The notes under the pieces were generated by a model. It was not told the DNA's origin, did no database searches, and saw nothing but the letters and a program-made list of their open reading frames with translations. 64,000 nucleotides of DNA. Origin: Candidatus Fraserbacteria bacterium (GTDB lineage Bacteria; Bipolaricaulota; Bipolaricaulia; RBG-16-55-9; JAJCYT01). Positions within the stretch are counted from its first letter, which is position 1. Every line of letters starts with the position of its first letter. The position numbers were made by a program, and so were the translations under genes. Below, in pieces: positions 28,491 to 35,150 of the stretch. The DNA is taken from contig JAJCYT010000018.1 in NCBI GenBank assembly GCA_029262795.1, positions 103,982-167,981 of the forward strand. Direction: 5' to 3'.

Positions 28491-28522
28491 GGGTGAGTTA
28501 AACCTCATCCTTTTGCTTTTTT
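28491..28522 (+). terminator. rho-independent terminator of lipoprotein cassette 1
   Basis: GGGTGAG (28491..28497) pairs with CTCATCC (28504..28510). This is 7 bp including one G-U pair. TTTTGCTTTTTT follows. Confidence 0.6.
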
Positions 28523-28538
28523 AAAGTTTCCATACGTT

Positions 28539-28637
28539 CCATGAGCCACCTTTGAGCTTTTTTCCGCGTTGGTTAGTTGAGGCGAAATGAACATGAAATT
28601 TTTAACAAACAACAGCAACGCGAAAGGGCACAACATG
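28539..28637 (+). promoter_or_regulatory. conserved 99-nt upstream/leader element, copy 2
   Basis: Same CCATGAGCCAC box, identical 33-nt core and GAAAGGG, ending at the ATG at 28635. It begins 17 nt after the cassette-1 terminator. Confidence 0.6.
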
Positions 28638-29816
28638 AACAACATCAAACGCAATGACATCGGCTTGGGAATAATCACTTTGGTTTTGATTGCAGTGTTG
28701 ATCACCGGGTGCGGCGGAAATAACAACGCTCAGACAAATCAACAAAGTGGATTCGTCACACAATCCACCGCTTTGAATCCAGCCCTGCAACAGCAGATGC
28801 AGGCCCAGGGCATTGAAGTGACACAAGTTCAGCAAACACAACAGCCAATGAGCGCACCACAACTCAATCAGCAATCCAGAAATGATGCAAATGTGAATTT
28901 TGTTCGATACACCGATCCCACACAACATGCGTTCACCGTGGATGTGCCACAGGGTTGGACCAACCAGGGTCGCACAAAAGGCATCAAAAATGAAATCACG
29001 TCGCTTTCCCCAGATGGCATGATCCTGATTCAAAACGGTGATGTGAGTTTGCCGGAGTACGTGGAAGCCTCTGCTTATCAGCCAGCCACCGCACCAGGTC
29101 AGTGCCAGAATTTTTATGGTGCCTGCTTCGAGGTGCGTCCTTTTACCAGCGGTATTCAGTTTGCGGCAGAGTATGTGGGCTATAAATTTGGCCAGATTTG
29201 TCAAAACCTCAGCTTTACTGGCCAACGCAAACGTCCGGACTGGGAACAATACATCGGCCAAATTCTTCAAGTGGATCAGATCAATGCCACAGGATATGGC
29301 ATGCAGATGGGATTGGACGCAGGCGAAGTGGATTTCACCTGCACCCTGAACGGCCAACAGATGCGCGGCACCTACATGCTTGTCAATCGTTTCATGCGCT
29401 TTGCCGATGGCATGGGCGGCAATTATGGTTCCTGGGAACCTTACCTGCTCTCAGGATTTGTAGCCCCTGCCCACCAAACAGACCTGGCTTTGGCCATCTC
29501 AAATCGTGCCCAAAACAGTTTTAAACTCGATCAAAACTGGCTCAATGCGCAGGCCAGAGCCAACCGCCAGAGCATGCAGCAACGAAGTTCCATTCTTGAT
29601 AACAGCACCAGCAGTAGTGGTAGCAGTGACAACTACGATCGTTACAATCAGATGATGCGCGGCACCACCAATTTGTACAATTCGGAAACGGGTGAAACGC
29701 AATACAACGTGGACAACAACAGCAATTACTACTGGCAGAATTCTGGCAGCACCTATGGCACAGACCTCAATGAAACATCCGATCCATTTGCCACGCAGTT
29801 AGAACAACAATATTAA
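28587..29816 (+). CDS. lipoprotein of unknown family (paralogue of 29951..31237)
   Basis: 409 aa. Lipobox LITGC followed by a Gln-rich linker. The globular part starts FVRYTDPTQHAFTVDVPQGWTNQGRT. C-terminal NYYWQNSGSTYGT motif. Alternative start at 28635. Confidence 0.75.
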   Translation: MNMKFLTNNSNAKGHNMNNIKRNDIGLGIITLVLIAVLITGCGGNNNAQTNQQSGFVTQSTALNPALQQQMQAQGIEVTQVQQTQQPMSAPQLNQQSRNDANVNFVRYTDPTQHAFTVDVPQGWTNQGRTKGIKNEITSLSPDGMILIQNGDVSLPEYVEASAYQPATAPGQCQNFYGACFEVRPFTSGIQFAAEYVGYKFGQICQNLSFTGQRKRPDWEQYIGQILQVDQINATGYGMQMGLDAGEVDFTCTLNGQQMRGTYMLVNRFMRFADGMGGNYGSWEPYLLSGFVAPAHQTDLALAISNRAQNSFKLDQNWLNAQARANRQSMQQRSSILDNSTSSSGSSDNYDRYNQMMRGTTNLYNSETGETQYNVDNNSNYYWQNSGSTYGTDLNETSDPFATQLEQQY

Positions 29817-29847
29817 ACTCCACTCAGACGCAGGCACAACCAAGGCC

Positions 29848-29890
29848 AGAAGCATCAAGCGAACCTTGCTTGGTGCTTCTGTTTATTTTT
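29848..29890 (+). terminator. rho-independent terminator of lipoprotein cassette 2
   Basis: 13-bp stem: AGAAGCATCAAGC (29848..29860) pairs with GCTTGGTGCTTCT (29868..29880), with one G-U pair. GTTTATTTTT follows. Confidence 0.7.
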
Positions 29891-29902
29891 ATCCGGCAAA
29901 TT

Positions 29903-30001
29903 GCATGAGCCACGCTTGACTCTTTTTGCGCGTTGGTTAGTTGAGGCGAAATGAACATGAAATTTTTAATCAATAACAGCAACACGAAAGGACGCACAAT
30001 G
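29903..30001 (+). promoter_or_regulatory. conserved 99-nt upstream/leader element, copy 3
   Basis: GCATGAGCCAC box, identical 33-nt core and GAAAGGA, ending at the ATG at 29999. It begins 13 nt after the cassette-2 terminator. Confidence 0.6.
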
Positions 30002-31237
30002 AAACATTCAAAACACATCAGCTTCAGTTTGGCCATGTTAATCCTGGTCTGCATGTTGATCAGCGGTTGCGGTGGTGGCGTAAGCAACCAGCAGGTGCTT
30101 CAATCCCAGCAAAACGGATTTATTGCGCCACAGGGAATGCCAAATCAGCAATTGGCTCAGCAACTTCAGGGTGGATTCACACAGCCTGTGGGCAACTCCA
30201 ACACGCAGCCACAAGCCCAGCAACAAACCCGAACGTCCATCAACCATCAGCAGGGACAACGCAGCATGAACGCAAACGGGATAACCTTCACACGCTTTAG
30301 TGAACCAACCCAAGGTGCTTTCAGCGTCGAAGTGCCTCAAGGCTGGTCCACCACAGGCCGCACGGTGAACAATAAACACGAAGTCCAAACATTTTCCCCT
30401 GACAACCTTGTGGGTATCCAGGCTGGTGACGTGAGTCTCTCATCATTCATGGAACCAAGCGCCACCACACCACCCATCGGTCAATGTCATTATTATCTGG
30501 GGCAGTGCATCCAGGTGGAACCGTTTATGAATGGCGTTCAATTCGCAACAGAATATCTCAAGCAGGATTTGGCTGAAGCAGGGTCGTGTCAGCATTTGAC
30601 ATTCTCTAATCAACGTCAGCGTCCGGACTGGGAGCAGATGGTTGCTCAGGCATTGCAAGTGGACGCCTACCGCCAGATGGGAATGCAAATGCAGGTCAGT
30701 GCCGGCGAGGTGGACTTTATTTGCCAGACTCAGGGATTGCCCGTTCATGGCCGATATCTGGCCGTCACCACCCTCACCCGCATGAGTGACAACATGGGAA
30801 CAAGCCTGAGTATGTGGGAACCTTACATGATCATGGGCTATGCCGCCGTGCCTGAACGTTTAAACGAAGCCCAGGCCGTGCTGGCTCGCATGGAAAGCAC
30901 ATTTCAGTTGAACTCAAACTGGACCACGGCTTACAACAATGCATCTCAGCAAGGGTTTCAACAGCGCCAACAGGCCATTAATCAATCAAACGCCTACACC
31001 AACAATGCCATCATCAGTACAGGTGAAAACTACAACGCCACGATGGACGACCTCAGTCGTCAGCGTTCCAACACCATGCGCGGCACCACCGATGTGGTCA
31101 ATCCCTACACCGGCCAAACCTGGAACGTGGAAAGTGGCAGTGAATCCTACTGGTATGATCCCGTTTACGGCAACACTTATGGTTCCAACACCTACGAATC
31201 ACCCGATGCCTGGTATGAACCTTTGAATCAATATTGA
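29951..31237 (+). CDS. lipoprotein of unknown family (paralogue of 28587..29816)
   Basis: 428 aa. Lipobox LISGC followed by a Gln-rich linker. FTRFSEPTQGAFSVEVPQGWSTTGRT aligns with the previous gene. C-terminal SESYWYDPVYGNTYGS. Alternative start at 29999. Confidence 0.75.
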   Translation: MNMKFLINNSNTKGRTMKHSKHISFSLAMLILVCMLISGCGGGVSNQQVLQSQQNGFIAPQGMPNQQLAQQLQGGFTQPVGNSNTQPQAQQQTRTSINHQQGQRSMNANGITFTRFSEPTQGAFSVEVPQGWSTTGRTVNNKHEVQTFSPDNLVGIQAGDVSLSSFMEPSATTPPIGQCHYYLGQCIQVEPFMNGVQFATEYLKQDLAEAGSCQHLTFSNQRQRPDWEQMVAQALQVDAYRQMGMQMQVSAGEVDFICQTQGLPVHGRYLAVTTLTRMSDNMGTSLSMWEPYMIMGYAAVPERLNEAQAVLARMESTFQLNSNWTTAYNNASQQGFQQRQQAINQSNAYTNNAIISTGENYNATMDDLSRQRSNTMRGTTDVVNPYTGQTWNVESGSESYWYDPVYGNTYGSNTYESPDAWYEPLNQY

Positions 31238-31261
31238 AGCCAGCAAAAAAATGAAATACCC

Positions 31262-31300
31262 AGGGACAGCTTACAATTTATGGGCTGTCCCTTTCTGTCT
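31262..31300 (+). terminator. rho-independent terminator of lipoprotein cassette 3
   Basis: AGGGACAGC (31262..31270) pairs with GCTGTCCCT (31284..31292). This is 9 bp with a 13-nt loop, followed by TTCTGTCT. Confidence 0.55.
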
Positions 31301-31417
31301 ATGAAAATTTCTTGATTGAAATCCATTTCCATTTCCTGAGACATGCCCCTTTTGAGAGTGATTGATGTCCTTACGGACAATTCAACCGCTTTGTTACCAT
31401 GATTACATTGGGATAGT

Positions 31418-33721
31418 TTGCGATATTTTAATCAGGAACTGGAGCATTCATTGAAACGTTTGGGACATTTAAAACTTGGGTTATTTTTATTGTTTGCAGG
31501 CATGTTGGTTTCCTTCTTTTTGAGCCATGTCGCTTTGGCACAGCCCTCTGAAAAGTCGCTTAAAAATGCGTTGGAAACGTCTTTTTGGTATGCCTATTCA
31601 AATGTGGAATCTTTACTGCTCAACTCAGGGTTGGGCGTCAAAAATGACGACCTGGAATTGATCGTTGATGCCGAATTACTCAAGAGCCTGAAATTGAGAG
31701 AAAGATTCCCACTCCAGGCCCCTTATTTGTCCGGCACCCCCACCTTTGCTCAAACGCCAGACGATGGAGATCCTGAAACACTTCGATGGGTGGACGCCTC
31801 TGTCAACGAAGAAACAGCGTTGGAAACGCTCAGTTATGCCATTATTGCCGAACTGTCCTGGGCCAGTCGTTTTCAACAATTGGCCGAGCATGAATCGGGC
31901 AAGGCCAGTGTCTTTGCCCGACAACAAACGCAGTTGTTTGTAGAAATGGCACAGGCATCGGCGGAGTTTGTTGAGCAACAGATGAAGCGTGAGGATGGCC
32001 TTTACTGGCACAGCCTGCGCTGGTGGCAGGACATTGTGGTTCAAAATGAGGCCGACGATTGGCGAGGCCATCTGGCCTGGCTCTGGTCCTTGTCTGTGAT
32101 GATGTCGTTTGAGCAAAACAATGAACAAACACCATTGACTCTGCCTTCAGCCAATCTGGCACATGCACTATTTGCCCAATTAAAAGATGCTGTTGCCTGG
32201 GATGCACTCACCATTGAAGACGCTTCCTTGGCGGTTAAAGCCTTGAGTTGGTTTCTGGTGTACTGCAAAGACTCACTCGATCAGGAAGAAGCCATCGAGC
32301 GCTTGAATATGGTGCTCGATTCGCTGGCACAAGCGGCCCAAACCACTCAGTCAAGCTCAAAACAGGCGGCCCTCATCAGTGGATTGCTTCAGGGGGCGCA
32401 CTTGCTGGGCGACAATTATTATCAAACGACTGCGCTTAAAGTGTGGCAGCAACTGTCGCAACACTGGAACAATCAATGGTTTGTGTTTGCAGACAATGAT
32501 GCGGTGTTTCCATTTGACTTAACATTGAAGCAGGCAGGGGAATTTTTGTCCGCCTTTCACAGCCTGATCTACATTGTGGATGATGCGGTTGCAAAAGATA
32601 TTTTTCCAAAGTTTTTTGCGACGCTAAGGGCATCAAAGCTGCAAGTGGCAGAAGTGGCGCAAGCAGGCGGTGCATTTGAAAGCAATTCAGCAATAACCAA
32701 AGACCGAGAAAACGCTGCTCCTGTACTGATCAGCCATGTGCGCTTAACCGAATCAGGCTGGGAAATTATCGATGGGCGATTCCGTTCAACCGAAGCGCTG
32801 TTTGCCAGCAACCTGCTGCTTTGGCTGAGCCAATTTCAGGCCGAATCTTTTGCTGGCCCCCCCGCCTTTGGATTTCCAGAAGATGCGATGGTGAAACAAA
32901 ATCAAGTCCCGCGACGCCTGCAAGCTTTATCCGATGAGCTTAAACAAACACAGCAGCAACTCGAGCAACTGAATCAACAACTGGCCCAGGTGAATCAGAA
33001 CGCAGCCGGTTCAGGCACTGCTGCGCAGCAAGGGGCTTTGGATCAGTTGGCAGCCGACATGGAGCGCTTTGAGCAGGATGTGCAAGTCGAACTTCAAGCG
33101 CTTCGGCAAAGTGTTCAGACCACAGGCAGCGACGATGCTCAGGTAAGCGCCCTTCAAAATCAGCTCAGCAGTTTGCAATCGCAATTGACGCCTTTGCAAA
33201 ATCAGTTCAATCAACTGTTGCCCCAAATCGAACAGCAGAACCAGCGTTTTTCAAATCTGGAACAACAACTGCAAGCCGTTCAAACCGATCTGGCATCCGA
33301 AGTGCAAAAATTATTGGACGCAGCCAATAGCCAACCCAACACCGCTTTGCTGGACAACCGCTTTACCCAACTGGAACAGGAATTGACCTCAAAGTTTGAT
33401 CCGCTCACAGAAAGCCTGGCATTGTTTGATCAGCAATTGAATCAGGTCAATGATTTTCAGGAAAATTTCAGCGAGCTAAACAACGCCTTTTTGGCTTTGA
33501 AATCAAGATTGGATTCGATTGAACAAATCGACACAGGTGCTGAGCTATTTGGATTAAGTCAGTCAGAACTTCTGTTGCTCGGCGTGTTGATTCTGGGCAT
33601 TGTGCTGGTCACCATCGGTCTGCTTCGCCTGCGCCAGCAGCGGCAGTTGCTTCAGGCCACCACCAATGTGATCTCAGATGCCGTCACGCCAGGATCGGTC
33701 AACTCGCCTTCAGACCGTTAA
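31418..33721 (+). CDS. tail-anchored envelope protein: signal peptide, helical globular domain, long Gln-rich coiled coil, C-terminal TM
   Basis: 767 aa. Hydrophobic N-terminus LGLFLLFAGMLVSFFLSHVALAQ. Heptad-like Q/L-rich region of ~220 aa (LKQTQQQLEQLNQQLAQVNQ...). C-terminal TM LLLLGVLILGIVLVTIGLLRLRQQRQ. The N-domain is paralogous to 49326..50675. The start is uncertain (TTG). Confidence 0.65.
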   Translation: MRYFNQELEHSLKRLGHLKLGLFLLFAGMLVSFFLSHVALAQPSEKSLKNALETSFWYAYSNVESLLLNSGLGVKNDDLELIVDAELLKSLKLRERFPLQAPYLSGTPTFAQTPDDGDPETLRWVDASVNEETALETLSYAIIAELSWASRFQQLAEHESGKASVFARQQTQLFVEMAQASAEFVEQQMKREDGLYWHSLRWWQDIVVQNEADDWRGHLAWLWSLSVMMSFEQNNEQTPLTLPSANLAHALFAQLKDAVAWDALTIEDASLAVKALSWFLVYCKDSLDQEEAIERLNMVLDSLAQAAQTTQSSSKQAALISGLLQGAHLLGDNYYQTTALKVWQQLSQHWNNQWFVFADNDAVFPFDLTLKQAGEFLSAFHSLIYIVDDAVAKDIFPKFFATLRASKLQVAEVAQAGGAFESNSAITKDRENAAPVLISHVRLTESGWEIIDGRFRSTEALFASNLLLWLSQFQAESFAGPPAFGFPEDAMVKQNQVPRRLQALSDELKQTQQQLEQLNQQLAQVNQNAAGSGTAAQQGALDQLAADMERFEQDVQVELQALRQSVQTTGSDDAQVSALQNQLSSLQSQLTPLQNQFNQLLPQIEQQNQRFSNLEQQLQAVQTDLASEVQKLLDAANSQPNTALLDNRFTQLEQELTSKFDPLTESLALFDQQLNQVNDFQENFSELNNAFLALKSRLDSIEQIDTGAELFGLSQSELLLLGVLILGIVLVTIGLLRLRQQRQLLQATTNVISDAVTPGSVNSPSDR

Positions 33722-35124
33722 TGGTCGATGCGGTCAAACTCATCTTCAAAGCGGATGATGTCATCCTCACCCAAGTAGCTGCCCAATTGCACTTCGATCA
33801 ACTCCATCAATACATCGCCAGGATTTTCCAGCCGGTGCCTGGCTTTGGGTGGAATATAAACCGCCTGGTTTTCTTCCAAAATTTTGATCTCATCGCCCAC
33901 CGTGACCCTGGCCGTGCCCGTGACCACCACCCAATGTTCGACACGGAAATTATGCGCCTGTAAAGACAACGCAGCGCCAGGATGCACCGTCAGCCGCTTG
34001 ACCTGAAACCCTTCGCCCACATCCAGCACTTGGTACGATCCCCAGGGTTTGTGAACCTTTACATGATTGACCACTTCAACGCGCTCTTGCTGACTGAGCT
34101 GATCGACCAAAGGCTTTAGTTGCTGAGCCTGATCTTTTGCTGCAACCAGCACAGCATCTGCGGTTTCGACCACGATCATGCCTTCTAAACCTGCGGTGGC
34201 GAGCAGACGGCTTTGTGCCATTAGCAGAGAATTTTTTGTGTGCTGGGAAACCACATCCCCCTGAACCCAATTGCCATCCTGATCCTGTTGTGTGGCTTGC
34301 AGCGCGGCCCAATCCCCCACGTCCGACCACTGCGCCTGCAATGGAACCACAGCAGCATGAACGGTTTTTTCCATCACGGCATAGTCGATGGAATCAGCAG
34401 GGCAGTGTTCGAAATTTTCTTTATTGATCCAAAAATTGGACGCTTTTTGTTCACTCTGTGCAAACGTAGATTCACAGGCCACAAACATATCCGCAGCATG
34501 TTTTTTTAATTCATTCAGCCACACAGACGCTTTTATCACAAACATGCCGCTGTTCCAAAGATAGTCGCCAGAGTCGATATAGGCCTTGGCCGTATCCAGG
34601 TCGGGCTTTTCCACAAATGCATCCACCTTGGAAATTTCACCTTTTTTGATGTAGCCATAACCGGTGTGAGGTTGATCGGCAACCACCCCAAATGTGACAA
34701 GATGATCCTGACGGGCCAATTCAACCGCCGCAGTCACCGCCTCATGAAAACGTGCCTGGTCTTGAATCAAATGATCCGCAGGCAACACCAGCATGATGTC
34801 ATCCTGTTGGTGTTCCAGCATCCAAAGGGCCGCCAACGTTAAGGCAGGCGCAGTGTTTCTGCCCAGAGGTTCGAGCAACAACTGCGCAGACTGGCCCAAT
34901 GTCGCCAACTGTTCGCTGACATAAAACCGATGATCCTGATTGCAAACAACGATAGGGTCTGTTATTTCGGGCAAGTCGGCAAGCCGTTGCATCGTTTGTT
35001 GAAACAATGTTGGTTGCTCAGCGCCAAACTGAATAAAAGGCTTGGGCGCTTGCTGCCTTGAAAGCGGCCAAAGGCGCACGCCAAACCCTCCTGCCAAAAT
35101 GACTGGACACAATTTCATCGTCAT
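33718..35124 (-). CDS. manC: bifunctional mannose-1-phosphate guanylyltransferase / mannose-6-phosphate isomerase
   Basis: Nucleotidyltransferase loop CPVILAGGFGVRLWPLSR. C-terminal cupin with HRLENPG and EVQLGSYLGEDDIIRFED. The track start at 35190 would overlap the upstream gene. I prefer ATG 35124 or 35118 (MTMKLCPV). Confidence 0.9.
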   Translation of the reverse strand: MTMKLCPVILAGGFGVRLWPLSRQQAPKPFIQFGAEQPTLFQQTMQRLADLPEITDPIVVCNQDHRFYVSEQLATLGQSAQLLLEPLGRNTAPALTLAALWMLEHQQDDIMLVLPADHLIQDQARFHEAVTAAVELARQDHLVTFGVVADQPHTGYGYIKKGEISKVDAFVEKPDLDTAKAYIDSGDYLWNSGMFVIKASVWLNELKKHAADMFVACESTFAQSEQKASNFWINKENFEHCPADSIDYAVMEKTVHAAVVPLQAQWSDVGDWAALQATQQDQDGNWVQGDVVSQHTKNSLLMAQSRLLATAGLEGMIVVETADAVLVAAKDQAQQLKPLVDQLSQQERVEVVNHVKVHKPWGSYQVLDVGEGFQVKRLTVHPGAALSLQAHNFRVEHWVVVTGTARVTVGDEIKILEENQAVYIPPKARHRLENPGDVLMELIEVQLGSYLGEDDIIRFEDEFDRIDH

Positions 35125-35150
35125 CACAGAACCCTTTCCATCCGAGATTT

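Noticed and set aside
27675-30001. Whether the three repeated 99-nt elements could be a CRISPR-like array or a mobile-element terminal repeat.
   Set aside because: The repeats are 864 and 1364 nt apart, each sits in front of a full paralogous gene, all are direct and same-strand, and no cas or transposase genes are present. I interpret them as duplicated regulatory/leader regions.
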